This document shows positions 1-10,700 of a stretch of 32,000 nt of DNA, in pieces; within the stretch, counting starts at the first letter, position 1; every line of letters starts with the position of its first letter. Under the pieces are notes generated by a model. The model was not told the origin of the DNA. It saw only the letters and a list, made by a program, of their open reading frames with translations, and searched no databases. The stretch spans positions 478,995 through 510,994 of the forward strand of contig NZ_MVFY01000002.1 in NCBI RefSeq assembly GCF_002042885.1, given 5' to 3'. Source of the DNA: Citrobacter portucalensis. Its GTDB lineage: Bacteria; Pseudomonadota; Gammaproteobacteria; Enterobacterales; Enterobacteriaceae. The position numbers and the translations under genes are program-made.

Positions 1-130
1 AACGGCTATGAGCCAGTTGGTGAATAACGTCCGTGAGAAGACTGCGATCACCGGGGCTGACTACCCGCCAACGCTTATCACCAAAGAGAACCTGCAGCAG
101 GCCGAGCGTATTAGTGAGGCCGGTAACTGA
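1..130 (+). CDS. C-terminal end of a periplasmic sugar/inositol-binding protein of an ABC transporter (5' truncated by window)
   Basis: Open frame from base 2 to TGA at 128-130 reads TAMSQLVNNVREKTAITGADYPPTLITKENLQQAERISEAGN*; lies directly upstream of ABC ATPase and permease genes. Absent from the supplied ORF track because it has no start in the window. Confidence 0.75.
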   Translation, partial: TAMSQLVNNVREKTAITGADYPPTLITKENLQQAERISEAGN

Positions 131-183
131 TATGTCCGCAGCCGCCGCGCAAGTGGCGGCTCTCTATGAGGAGGAGCAGACCG

Positions 184-1731
184 ATGTCGCAACCCTTACT
201 GAAAGTGACCGACCTGGCGAAAAGCTTTTCCGGCGTTTGGGCGCTGAGCAGCGCACAGCTGACCGTCGGAGCAGGCGAAATTCATGCGCTGTTAGGTGAG
301 AACGGTGCCGGAAAATCGACCCTGCTGAAAGCGCTGGCGGGCGCGCAGCCGCAAACACGCGGGGATATTTGGTTCAACGGCGAAACATTGCCGGTAGAAG
401 ACTCTCCGGTTGAGCGGCAGAACAAGGGCATTATCACGATTTATCAGGAATTTAATCTGCTGCCCAATATGACCGTCGCCGAGAATATGTTTCTCGGACG
501 CGAACCGCGCAAACGCAATCTGATTGTTGACGAAAAGGCGGTAAATCAGGAAGCGCAGGTGATTCTGGATTACCTGCAACTGAACGTTGCGCCAACCACG
601 GCCGTGGCCCGACTGAGCGTGGCGCAGCAGCAAATGGTGGAAATTGCGCGGGCGCTGACGCTGAACGCAAAGCTGATCATTATGGATGAACCTTCCGCCG
701 CGCTGAGCGACAGCGAAGTAGAAAGCCTGCATCGTGTGGTGCGGGAACTTAAAGGGCGTGGCGTGAGCATTATCTACGTCACCCATCGCCTGCATGAAGT
801 TTTTCAACTCTGCGACCAGTTCACCGTTTTCCAGGATGGACGATTCACCGGAAATGGCGCGGTTGCACAGACCACCGTAGAACAGCTGATCCGCCTGATG
901 GTGGGGCGCGATGTGGCCTTTAATCGCCGTCCGGCCAGCGAAACTCACCATGAAGATAAACCTGTGCGTCTGGCGGTGAAGGGGCTTAGCCGCGAAAAAC
1001 CGCCGCTGGATCCGCATGGTATCGCGCTGCACGACATTAGCTTCCACGTGCATGCTGGCGAAGTGTTAGGCATTGCCGGACTGGTGGGTGCCGGGCGCAC
1101 CGAAGTGGCCCGCTGCCTGTTTGGCGCCGACAGTTTTACTTCCGGCAGCTTTGAACTTGATGGCGTGTCCTATCAGCCGCGCGATCCGCTGTTTGCGCTG
1201 GATCAGGGGCTGGCGCTGGTACCGGAAGATCGTAAAAAAGAGGGCGCGGTGCTTGGGCTGTCGATCCGCGACAACCTGTCGCTCTCCAGCCTCTCGTCAC
1301 TGCTGCACTGGCGCTGGTTCGTGAATACCCGCAAAGAGGATGCCCTGATCGAGTCATACCGCCAGGCGCTGCAGATCAAAATGGTCAACAGCGCGCAAGA
1401 GGTGCGCAAGCTCTCCGGCGGGAACCAGCAAAAAGTGATCCTCGCGCGCTGCATGGCGCTTAATCCTCGGGTGTTGATCGTGGATGAACCAACGCGCGGC
1501 ATCGATGTTGGCACCAAATCAGAAGTCCATCAGGTGCTGTTTGATATGGCGAAAAAGGGCGTGGCGGTGATCGTGATCTCCTCCGATCTGCCGGAAGTCA
1601 TGGCGGTTTCCGATCGGATCATCACGTTAAGTGAAGGCCGGGTGACTGGCGAGATCCACGGCGACGACGCTAATGAAGAGCGGCTAATGACGATGATGGC
1701 CATCAACCACAACGCCCTGAATGCGGCATAA
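184..1731 (+). CDS. Sugar ABC transporter ATP-binding protein (duplicated ATPase, RbsA/MglA type)
   Basis: Walker A GENGAGKST, signature LSVAQQQ and LSGGNQQK, Walker B IIMDEP / LIVDEP. ATG at 184 follows GAGGAG; the track's 166 start is less likely. Confidence 0.95.
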   Translation: MSQPLLKVTDLAKSFSGVWALSSAQLTVGAGEIHALLGENGAGKSTLLKALAGAQPQTRGDIWFNGETLPVEDSPVERQNKGIITIYQEFNLLPNMTVAENMFLGREPRKRNLIVDEKAVNQEAQVILDYLQLNVAPTTAVARLSVAQQQMVEIARALTLNAKLIIMDEPSAALSDSEVESLHRVVRELKGRGVSIIYVTHRLHEVFQLCDQFTVFQDGRFTGNGAVAQTTVEQLIRLMVGRDVAFNRRPASETHHEDKPVRLAVKGLSREKPPLDPHGIALHDISFHVHAGEVLGIAGLVGAGRTEVARCLFGADSFTSGSFELDGVSYQPRDPLFALDQGLALVPEDRKKEGAVLGLSIRDNLSLSSLSSLLHWRWFVNTRKEDALIESYRQALQIKMVNSAQEVRKLSGGNQQKVILARCMALNPRVLIVDEPTRGIDVGTKSEVHQVLFDMAKKGVAVIVISSDLPEVMAVSDRIITLSEGRVTGEIHGDDANEERLMTMMAINHNALNAA

Positions 1732-1742
1732 CGGAGTGATTC

Positions 1743-2771
1743 ATGACGCAGATTATTTCTAAAACGCAGGTTCCTGCCAAACGCGGCGGACGTCTTGATC
1801 CCATTGCCTTTTTTGAGCGCTTTGGGGTACTGATTTTCATGATCCTGCTGCTGATTTTCTTTCAGTTGCAGAACAGCAATTTTCTTTCTGAACGCAATAT
1901 TTTCAACATTCTGACCGAAGTCTCCATCTACGGGATCATGGCGGTGGGGATGACGTTTGTCATCCTGACCGCCGGGATCGATCTGTCGGTGGGCTCCATC
2001 CTGGCGGTCTGCGCCATGACCGCCGCGTATGTGATTAAGGGCGACAACTTCACCACCGTCGACCCGAACGCCTGGGGAGGCATGAGCTGGCTGATTGGCC
2101 TTGGTATCTGTATGGCGATGGGCACCGCGATTGGTTTTCTGCATGGCCTCGGCGTGACCCGCCTGCGTCTGCCGCCGTTTATCGTCACCCTCGGCGGGAT
2201 GACTATCTGGCGCGGCCTGACGCTGGTGATTAACGACGGCGCGCCAATTGCCGGTTTCGACGCGGGATACCGCTGGTGGGGACGCGGCGAACTGCTTGGT
2301 ATCTCCATTCCAATCTGGATATTCGCGCTGGTGGCGGTAGGCGGTTATCTGGCGCTACATAAAACCCGCTGGGGGCGCTTCGTGTACGCCATCGGCGGCA
2401 ACCCGGAGGCGGCGCGTCTGGCAGGGGTTAACGTGAAGCGCGTGCTGGTGAGCGTCTACGTGTTAATTGGCTGTCTGGCAGGGCTGGCGGGCTTCATTCT
2501 CAGCGCGCGGTTGGGCAGTGCAGAAGCGGTCGCCGGGATCTCTTTTGAGCTACGCGTCATTGCCTCGGTGGTCATTGGTGGTACCTCACTGATGGGCGGC
2601 TACGGGCGTATTGGCGGCACCATTATCGGCTCGATCATCATGGGCATCCTGATTAACGGTCTGGTGCTGATGAACGTCTCGGCTTATTACCAACAAATTA
2701 TTACCGGCTTAATTATCGTTCTGGCGGTGGCGTTCGATACCTACGCCAAGAGCCGTCGCGGCGCATTGTGA
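1743..2771 (+). CDS. Sugar ABC transporter permease (RbsC family)
   Basis: Hydrophobic multi-helix protein with [26 protein letters not shown] and [29 protein letters not shown] motifs; adjacent to the ATPase. Confidence 0.95.
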   Translation: MTQIISKTQVPAKRGGRLDPIAFFERFGVLIFMILLLIFFQLQNSNFLSERNIFNILTEVSIYGIMAVGMTFVILTAGIDLSVGSILAVCAMTAAYVIKGDNFTTVDPNAWGGMSWLIGLGICMAMGTAIGFLHGLGVTRLRLPPFIVTLGGMTIWRGLTLVINDGAPIAGFDAGYRWWGRGELLGISIPIWIFALVAVGGYLALHKTRWGRFVYAIGGNPEAARLAGVNVKRVLVSVYVLIGCLAGLAGFILSARLGSAEAVAGISFELRVIASVVIGGTSLMGGYGRIGGTIIGSIIMGILINGLVLMNVSAYYQQIITGLIIVLAVAFDTYAKSRRGAL

Positions 2772-2776
2772 GGATC

Positions 2777-3913
2777 ATGATGAAAGAAGTTCGTATTGGA
2801 TTGATTGGCACCGGGTATATCGGCAAGGCGCATGCCATCGCCTATGCCCAGGCCCCGACGGTGTTTAACCTGCGCGGCAAGCTGGTGCGCGAAATGGTGG
2901 CGGAAGTCTCTCCAGAGCTTGCCGCCGAGCGGGCGCAGGCGTTTGGCTTCAATCGCTCAACCGGAGACTGGCGTGCGCTGGTGGCTGACCCGGCCATTGA
3001 TGTCGTAGATATCTGTTCTCCTAATCATCTGCACAAAGAGATGGCGCTGGAAGCGATTCGCCATGGCAAGCATGTGTATTCAGAAAAGCCGTTGGCGCTG
3101 AACGCCCACGACGCACGTGAAATGGTTGAAGCTGCACAGCGGGCAGGAGTGAAAACGCTGGTGGGGTTCAACTATATGAAGAACCCAACGGCGCAGCTGG
3201 CGAAAGAGATCATTGCGCGCGGAGAAATTGGTGAGGTGATCCATTTCTACGGCACCCACAACGAAGACTACATGGCCGATCCGCTTGCGCCGATCCACTG
3301 GCATTGTTTTAAAGAGACCGCCGGACTTGGTGCGCTTGGCGATCTGGCGGCGCATATCGTCAATATGGCGCAGTACCTGGTTGGGGATATTCAGCAGGTC
3401 TGCGGCGACCTGAAGATCGTGGTGCCACAGCGTCCGGCGAAAGTCGGTTCCTCGCAAATGGTGACGGTAGAGAACGAAGATCAGGCCCACGCGATGGTGC
3501 GCTTTGCAGGCGGTGCGCAAGGGGTGATTGAAACCTCGCGCGTTGCCTGTGGCCGCAAGATGGGGTTGTCGTATGTGATTACCGGGACCAAAGGAACCAT
3601 CAGTTTTACTCAGGAGCGTATGGCTGAGCTGAAGCTCTATCTGCATGACGATCCGGTCAACCGCCAGGGGTTTCGCACTTTACTGGTTGGCCCGGCGCAC
3701 CCGGACTACGGCGCGTTTTGCATGGGAGCCGGGCATGGTATCGGCTTTAACGACCAGAAAACAGTAGAAGTACGTGACCTGGTGGACGGCATTGCCGCCG
3801 ATGCACCGATGTGGCCGGACTTTGAAGAGGGCTGGAAGGTGTCGCGCGTGCTTGACGCTATCGCACTCTCGCACCAGGAAGGCCGCTGGCTGAACGTGAA
3901 CGACATTGTCTGA
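2777..3913 (+). CDS. Gfo/Idh/MocA family oxidoreductase, probable inositol/sugar dehydrogenase
   Basis: N-terminal GLIGTGYIGKAHA Rossmann motif and YSEKPLALNAHDA (EKP motif); in the iol-type cluster. ATG 2777 or 2780 preferred over the overlapping GTG at 2768. Confidence 0.85.
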   Translation: MMKEVRIGLIGTGYIGKAHAIAYAQAPTVFNLRGKLVREMVAEVSPELAAERAQAFGFNRSTGDWRALVADPAIDVVDICSPNHLHKEMALEAIRHGKHVYSEKPLALNAHDAREMVEAAQRAGVKTLVGFNYMKNPTAQLAKEIIARGEIGEVIHFYGTHNEDYMADPLAPIHWHCFKETAGLGALGDLAAHIVNMAQYLVGDIQQVCGDLKIVVPQRPAKVGSSQMVTVENEDQAHAMVRFAGGAQGVIETSRVACGRKMGLSYVITGTKGTISFTQERMAELKLYLHDDPVNRQGFRTLLVGPAHPDYGAFCMGAGHGIGFNDQKTVEVRDLVDGIAADAPMWPDFEEGWKVSRVLDAIALSHQEGRWLNVNDIV

Positions 3914-3925
3914 AGAGGTATCAAC

Positions 3926-5830
3926 GTGGAAAAGCAGTTTGATGTGATATGCATGGGCCGCGTGGCGGTTGACCTCTACAGTCAGCAGATTGGCGCACGC
4001 CTGGAAGATGTGTCGAGCTTTGCCAAATATCTTGGTGGTTCGTCCGGCAACGTGGCTTACGGCACGGCACGCCAGGGGCTGCGCTCCTCAATGCTGGCGC
4101 GGGTTGGCGACGAACATATGGGGCGTTTCCTGCGTGAAGAATTAAACCAGGTAGGCTGCGATACCAGCCATCTGATCACTGATAAAGACCGCCTGACGGC
4201 GCTGGTGTTACTCGGCATTAAAGACCGGGACACCTTCCCTCTGATTTTTTACCGTGATAACTGCGCGGATATGGCGATTACCGCCAGCGATGTTGATGAA
4301 CAGTACATCGCTTCTGCTCGTTGTCTTGCCATCACCGGGACGCATCTTTCTCATCCGCAAACCCGCGAGGCGGTGTTGACGGCGCTCACTTACGCCCGGC
4401 GTCACGGCGTGCGTACGGCGCTGGATATCGATTATCGCCCGGTGCTGTGGGGACTTACTTCCTTAGGCGACGGCGAAACACGTTTTATCGCCGCTGTTCA
4501 GGTCACCCGCCAGTTGCAGGAGGTGCTGCATCTTTTTGATGTAATTGTCGGCACCGAGGAGGAGTTTCATATCGCGGGCGGCAGTACCGATACGCTGCAG
4601 GCGCTGTCGCAGGTTCGCGGCGTGAGTCACGCGACGCTGGTCTGCAAGCGCGGTGCGCTTGGCAGTTCGGTGTATACCGACGCGATCCCGGCCCGGCTGG
4701 ACGATGGCCTGACGGTGACCGGCGTGCGCGTGGAGGTGCTGAACGTGCTGGGGGCAGGGGACGCGTTTATGTCCGGTCTGCTGCGCGGCTACCTCAACGA
4801 TGAGGGATGGGAGCAGGCGTGCCGCTACGCCAACGCCTGCGGTGCGCTGGTGGTGTCGCGTCACGGCTGTGCGCCGGCGATGCCGAGCAAAGTGGAGCTT
4901 GATGATTATCTTTCTCGCGCCGCAGAGGTTCCTCGTCCGGATCTCGATCCGCATCTCAACCATTTGCATCGCGTGACGACCCGTCGTCGCACATGGCCGG
5001 AACTGTGCGTGATGGCCTTCGATCACCGTAGCCAACTGGAAGAGATGGCGTTGCAGTGCGGCGCGTCTTTGAAGCGTATTCCGGCATTGAAACAGCTTAT
5101 TTTGCAGGCCAGCCGTGAAGCGGCCAACAGCGCCGGGCTGGAGGGCAAGGCCGGGCTGCTGTGCGATGGTACGTTTGGTCAGGATGCGCTGAATGCGATA
5201 ACCGGAGAGGGCTGGTGGATAGGTCGTCCTATCGAACTGCCGGGGTCGCGCCCACTGGAGATGGAACACGGCAATATAGGCTCGCAGCTCATCAGTTGGC
5301 CGCAGGAACATGTGGTGAAGTGTCTGGTCTTTTTCCATCCGGAAGATGCCCACGCGTTGCGTCTGGAACAAGAACAAAAAATCGCTGAGGTGTACCGCGC
5401 CTGTTGCCAGTCCGGTCATGAGCTGCTGCTGGAGGTGATTTTACCGGCCAGTATGCCGCGCAGTGATGAACTGTATTTGCGCGCCATTTCCCGCTTCTAC
5501 AACTTAGGGATCTACCCCGACTGGTGGAAACTCCCACCGCTGACGTCTGCTGGCTGGACGGCGTTGAGTGACATTATCGAACGGCGCGATCCGCACTGCC
5601 GTGGCGTGGTGATCCTGGGTCTGGACGCTCCGGCAGAGCAACTGCGTGCTGATTTTAAAGCGGCTGCGGGTCATGGGGTGGTGAAAGGTTTTGCCGTGGG
5701 GCGCACGCTGTTTGGCGACGCTTCCCGCGCGTGGTTGAAACACGATATTGACGATGCGCAGCTGGTGGCGCGCATTAAAGATAACTACCTGCAGCTTATC
5801 GCCTGGTGGCGCGAGCGCGGACAAGCATAA
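3926..5830 (+). CDS. iolC: 5-dehydro-2-deoxygluconokinase fused to DUF2090 domain (IolC type)
   Basis: PfkB-family kinase domain (LGGSSGNVAYG, GAGDAFMSGLLRGYL) followed by an aldolase-like C-terminal domain beginning WPELCVMAFDHRSQLEEMA. Confidence 0.88.
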   Translation: MEKQFDVICMGRVAVDLYSQQIGARLEDVSSFAKYLGGSSGNVAYGTARQGLRSSMLARVGDEHMGRFLREELNQVGCDTSHLITDKDRLTALVLLGIKDRDTFPLIFYRDNCADMAITASDVDEQYIASARCLAITGTHLSHPQTREAVLTALTYARRHGVRTALDIDYRPVLWGLTSLGDGETRFIAAVQVTRQLQEVLHLFDVIVGTEEEFHIAGGSTDTLQALSQVRGVSHATLVCKRGALGSSVYTDAIPARLDDGLTVTGVRVEVLNVLGAGDAFMSGLLRGYLNDEGWEQACRYANACGALVVSRHGCAPAMPSKVELDDYLSRAAEVPRPDLDPHLNHLHRVTTRRRTWPELCVMAFDHRSQLEEMALQCGASLKRIPALKQLILQASREAANSAGLEGKAGLLCDGTFGQDALNAITGEGWWIGRPIELPGSRPLEMEHGNIGSQLISWPQEHVVKCLVFFHPEDAHALRLEQEQKIAEVYRACCQSGHELLLEVILPASMPRSDELYLRAISRFYNLGIYPDWWKLPPLTSAGWTALSDIIERRDPHCRGVVILGLDAPAEQLRADFKAAAGHGVVKGFAVGRTLFGDASRAWLKHDIDDAQLVARIKDNYLQLIAWWRERGQA

Positions 5831-5841
5831 TTCAGGAGAAG

Positions 5842-6735
5842 ATGATGACGGTACAATTAGGTATTAATCCACTGACATGGACGAATGACGATCTTCCTTC
5901 ACTGGGCGCTGAGACGTCGCTTGATACGTGTCTGAGCGAGGGCAAAGAGGCTGGATTTGCTGGTTTCGAACTGGGTAATAAATTCCCGCGCGAGGCGCGA
6001 CTGCTCGGCCCCATTTTGCAGCGCCACGACCTGCAACTGGTTTCCGGCTGGTACTCCGGACGTCTGCTGGAACGCAGCGTGGAGGAGGAGATTGCCGCTG
6101 TGCAATCGCACCTGACGTTACTGCGCGAACTGGGAGCGAAGGTGCTGGTCTTTGCCGAAGTCAGTGGCTGCATTCACGGCGAGCAGCAGACGCCGGTACA
6201 TCTGCGTCCGCGCTTCCCGCAAGAGCGCTGGCAAGAGTACGGTGAAAAGCTCACTGAGTTTGCGCGCTACACCCAGCAGCAGGGAGTACAGATTGCCTAT
6301 CACCACCACATGGGAACGGTGATTGAATCTGCTGAAGATGTGGATAATCTGATGACGAATACCGGTGATGAAGTTGGCTTGTTGCTCGACACCGGGCATT
6401 TGACCTTTGCGGGTGCCGATCCGTTGGCTGTGGCGCAGCGCTGGGCATCACGTATCAACCATGTTCACTGCAAAGACGTACGTGCCGACGTGCTGGCGGA
6501 TGTCAAAAACCGCAAAACCAGCTTCCTCGATGCGGTGCTGAGCGGCGTCTTTACCGTGCCGGGAGATGGCTGCGTTGACTATCCGCCAATTATGGCATTG
6601 CTGAAGGCGAACCAGTATCAGGGGTGGCTGGTGGTGGAGGCGGAGCAGGATCCAGCCATCGCGCATCCGCTGACGTATGCGCGTCTGGGCTATAACAACC
6701 TTAGCTGTCTGGCACGAGATGCCGGGCTTATCTGA
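5842..6735 (+). CDS. iolE: Myo-inosose-2 dehydratase
   Basis: LGINPLTWTNDDLPSLG start, AYHHHMGTVIES, LLLDTGHLTFAGADP, HVHCKDVR/NHVHCKD motifs typical of IolE TIM barrels. AGGAG precedes ATG 5842/5845. Confidence 0.9.
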   Translation: MMTVQLGINPLTWTNDDLPSLGAETSLDTCLSEGKEAGFAGFELGNKFPREARLLGPILQRHDLQLVSGWYSGRLLERSVEEEIAAVQSHLTLLRELGAKVLVFAEVSGCIHGEQQTPVHLRPRFPQERWQEYGEKLTEFARYTQQQGVQIAYHHHMGTVIESAEDVDNLMTNTGDEVGLLLDTGHLTFAGADPLAVAQRWASRINHVHCKDVRADVLADVKNRKTSFLDAVLSGVFTVPGDGCVDYPPIMALLKANQYQGWLVVEAEQDPAIAHPLTYARLGYNNLSCLARDAGLI

Positions 6736-6744
6736 GGAGGTGAT

Positions 6745-7563
6745 ATGTCACGTTTATTATCACGCTGGCAGCAGCCGGACGCGCAAGGGTGTACGCAGTC
6801 AGTGACGCCGGAAAGCGCCGGATGGGGATATGTTGGCTTTAGAGCGTATGAACTGGAGGAAGGGCAGCAGCTTACGCTGCCCGCCGTCAGCGAAGAACGT
6901 TGTCTGGTATTGGTTGCCGGACGCGCGACCGTCACCACGCCGGGCGCAACTTTTACGGATATCGGTGAGCGGATGAGCCCGTTCGAGCGTATCAAACCGT
7001 GGGCGGTTTATGTCACTGCTGGTGAAACCATACAGGTTCAGGCGGTGACCAGACTGGAGCTGGCGGTCTGCGCTGCACCGGGGAAAGGCACGCACCCAAC
7101 ACGGCTGATCGCACCTAAGGATATCGACGGGGAAGCGCGCGGCAAAGGTCACAACCAGCGCTACGTGCACAACATCTTACCGGAAGATAAACCCGCAGAT
7201 AGCCTGCTGGTGGTGGAGGTGTGGACCAACGAAGGTTGTACCAGTTCTTACCCAAGCCATAAACATGACACCGATAATCCCCCGCAGGAAACCTATCTGG
7301 AGGAGACTTACTACCATCGCCTCAACCCGCCGCAGGGATTCTGTATGCAACGGGTGTACACCGATGACCGGTCGCTTGACGAGTGTATGGCAGTCTATAA
7401 CCGCGACGTGGCGATGGTGCCGAAGGGGTATCACCCGGTGGCAACCCTGGCGGGATATGACAGTTACTACCTTAACGTGATGGCCGGCCCGGTTCGCAAA
7501 TGGATGTTTACCTGGGAAGATGAACATGCGTGGATTAACAGGGATTATCCGGTTGATAAGTAA
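6745..7563 (+). CDS. iolB: 5-deoxy-glucuronate isomerase
   Basis: NILPEDKPADSLLVVEVWTNEGCTSSYPSHKHDTD...EETYYHR cupin-type motifs typical of IolB. Confidence 0.93.
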   Translation: MSRLLSRWQQPDAQGCTQSVTPESAGWGYVGFRAYELEEGQQLTLPAVSEERCLVLVAGRATVTTPGATFTDIGERMSPFERIKPWAVYVTAGETIQVQAVTRLELAVCAAPGKGTHPTRLIAPKDIDGEARGKGHNQRYVHNILPEDKPADSLLVVEVWTNEGCTSSYPSHKHDTDNPPQETYLEETYYHRLNPPQGFCMQRVYTDDRSLDECMAVYNRDVAMVPKGYHPVATLAGYDSYYLNVMAGPVRKWMFTWEDEHAWINRDYPVDK

Positions 7564-7663
7564 GGTCATGAATGGCTTTGTTAAAAGTGAGTCGTTTTTT
7601 TCCCTCCTTTTGATGAGTAAAAGGGGGAGGAATGGGATGACGGTTGGCGCTATTTAAGTGCTC

Positions 7664-7698
7664 ATTATTCTCATAGCTCGCCTGGCTATGAGAATAAT
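7664..7698. repeat. Perfect 13-bp inverted repeat (hairpin) ATTATTCTCATAG / CTATGAGAATAAT
   Basis: Arms 7664-7676 and 7686-7698 with 9-nt loop CTCGCCTGG. Confidence 0.85.
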
Positions 7699-7730
7699 GC
7701 AAGCGTCGATATATTTGAGGTTATGGCAGT

Positions 7731-7765
7731 AGCCGGGGTGCTCTCGAAAACACCCCGGCTATCTT
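7731..7765 (+). terminator. Probable rho-independent terminator at the end of the iol-type operon
   Basis: Perfect 10-bp stem AGCCGGGGTG (7731-7740) / CACCCCGGCT (7751-7760) followed by ATCTTTT. Confidence 0.75.
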
Positions 7766-7780
7766 TTGTTTATATCCCGA

Positions 7781-10700
7781 TCAGGAATTTGGTTGATGGT
7801 TCTCAACTACCCAGACGGTGAGTACTTTTTCCAACGTTTTATCTCCCGTCGTTGCCTTCGCTCTTACCCAACTTACACCGGCCGTATCCGTTCTCAGTTC
7901 AGAGTAAGCATTCCCTAACTTAAAGTTGGTTTTATCCGGCGTCATCGTAAAGGTTCCGCTGCCGGGTTTGGCTTTGCTGCCTGCGCTAAATTCGACACTG
8001 CCGTTTAACGGGTTACCGAATTTATCCTGCAACCGTGCCATAAAGCCTACCGGCTCAAGGTTGGCAACGGCATAGCCAGGATCCTGCTCCAGAGTGAGCA
8101 CTGGATTCTGGGCATCGGCATTCAGCGTTATCGAAGCATTTGCCGAGACATTGCTACCGTGTTCAGCCAATGTGGCGGTCAGCGTGTAACGACCCGCCTT
8201 ATTACCGTGGACATTTACAGTCGCAGTACCGGAACCATTGGTGGTGACAAGCGTATTGTCAATCACCAGAGGATCGCGTGGCGATGGGCCTGTAGCCGTA
8301 ATTTTCAGCTTACGGTTGCTGACGCCGTTCCCTGATGTATCGGTCAGATGCAGGGTAAACGCCACGTTATCCACATCACTGACTACGGCGGATGTAGTTG
8401 ACGGTTCGATCGTCAACGCGGCATTTTGCAGATCCGATACCACCTCAATCGCCTTACTCGCCGTAACGCGTTTACCCTCTTTGATGAAGGTTGCCTGCAA
8501 TTGATAGTGCCCAGCTTCTGCGGCAATAAAGGTTGTTGATGCCATTCCTTTCTCATCCAATGTCAGTTCGGACTGGCCCAGTTTTAATCCACTGGCAGGG
8601 GAACTGGTCAGGTGCACGTCACCACTAAATGGGTTGTTTTCACCGTCGACAACCTGTACCTGAATTTCATGTGCCGCTGATGCGTTTGCCACAATGCTCT
8701 CAGACGGTGCGGTCAAATTCAGCACTGCGCTGTTAATATCAGGTACGAATTCCAGGCCAACGCTTGAGGACTCAACGCTGTGCTGCCCATCTGTAACCCT
8801 GGCATTAACGGTGTAATGACCTGCCTTAACCGTAGTTAACGTTACCGTCGCGTAACCGTCTTTATTGGTGGTGATTTTGTCCGGGTACACGAGCCCTTGT
8901 GGCGTTACGATAAGCTCCACTTTCTGTCCTTCAACCGACGCGGCGGTATTGTTGAGCATGATCTCAAGCGTGGCACCATCGCGACCGTTTGCTGCAATAT
9001 TGGTGATTGCGCCATTGTCTTTGGCCGTCAGAGACAATGTCGCCCCCTCCATTGCAGAGGCAAATGTTACGCTTAGCGATGAGCTGATGTTCCCCGCGCT
9101 TAGCGTAATATCATAAGTTCCCGGCGTTGAACTGGTCAGTGAGAATCTTGCTTCACCTTTGGCATCGGTCTTCACAACGTTCTCCCCATTCGCGATCTTA
9201 ACCTGTGGCGGTAACGCCAGAGTGACCGTGTATCCGGACAGCGGGTTCCCATAACGGTCGGTCAGGGTAACGACCGCGACATTACTCTGTTTGCCATCCG
9301 CCAGCGCATTGTCCCTGGTCAGGTTAAAAGCCTGCACCACCGGCTGCGTTTTGTCGGCAATCCAGTTGGCTTGTTTTTCCAGTCCGGAGAAATCATGTTT
9401 TTGTGACGTCACACCAATGCGTGTCGCTTGAGCCAGTTCAGACGTTGCCTTAGCGCTGTACACGCCGTCTTTCTCTTCTACGGCAGTAAAACGGACTTCG
9501 CCGCTGGCTGAAACTGCATAAAAACGTAAGCTGTCGTCGCCGGTGATGGCATTCCCGTCTTTATCTTTTGCTTCTAACGCCAGGCTAATCGGGTGTCCAA
9601 CGACCTGCTCCATGGGCATTACCGTGAATGTCGATTTTGCCGCCTCTGCGGAAACCGCTTTTAGTTTCACCGTCAGGGTTTCTGTTTTACCCAGGACTTT
9701 AGCGGTGATGCGTGCCGTCCCCGCCGTTAAACCCGGCGTCAGCGTGGCGGTATACACCCCGGAGCGGGTTTCCTGCACTTCACCAAGTTTTGGAGCCTGT
9801 GCTGAACGCTCACGATTTCTCTGTGCGTCAGGCGTAAACGCTAAAGACAACTCAATGTCATGTGCAAGCCCTGTTAACGGATTACCATTGGTATCTTTAA
9901 GCACCAGCGTAACCGGATGCTGTGACTTCCCGTCAGCCGCGATGATCGGTTGCTGCTCGCCGTTCAATGTAAAATCCATTGTGCCGACAGAGGCTGAACT
10001 CCCCGTCACCGTCACGTTCATCACCGCATAGTTAGAGACATTTCCTTTAACATCTCGCGCCGTTGCACCGATTTGCCAGTGATTAGTGCCGCCTGGTGTA
10101 TAAGCGGGTAACGTCAGTTGCCATGATGTGCCGCTACCGGAAATGCGTCCGCCAGCGGCGGTAAATGCGCTATCGTTCCACTCTACCGACTGAATGCCCC
10201 AGTGGGATTTATCCAGCGAAATAGTCACCGGAATAACGGCGCCACCTTCCCCCTGTACGCTTTCAGGCAGGCGGATTTTCAGAACCGATTTTTTGCGGTA
10301 TTCCAGAACAATATTGTTATTTCGTTCGACAAAATCGTAGCGTCCGTGCTGAACTTCGCGCATTAACGCAACATTGTCGCTGTCCAACTGCTTCGCCAGC
10401 GGGATGCCGGGGCGATAGTTAATCTCTATGCCGAAGCGTGAATCATGAGTATTGCTCTGCCCCTGCTTGTGTTCAGCGGAAAGCGTAACTAGAGGAACCG
10501 GCGTATAGCTGATCCCGCCTGTAAAGGCGTACGGATTTTCCTGAAGATGATCGCTGCCAAAGAGGCCGACATTCTTGCCGTAATACTTTTCATATTTAAG
10601 CGATGCGCCCAGTTGCGGATACGATGGCAACCAACCTTGGGTATAGATATCCCAGCCATCCGCCGGACGTTCCTGATAATCATCCAGATCGTGAGAATCC

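Noticed and set aside
292-1053. 253-aa antisense ORF opposite the ABC ATPase
   Set aside because: Shadow ORF of a strongly conserved ATPase CDS; no recognisable domain.
4463-5419. 318-aa antisense ORF opposite iolC
   Set aside because: Shadow ORF in high-GC coding sequence; the sense strand has clear kinase motifs.
9543-10031. Plus-strand 162-aa ORF inside the invasin gene
   Set aside because: Overlaps a real minus-strand repeat-protein CDS; low-complexity Ser/Thr/Val shadow translation.
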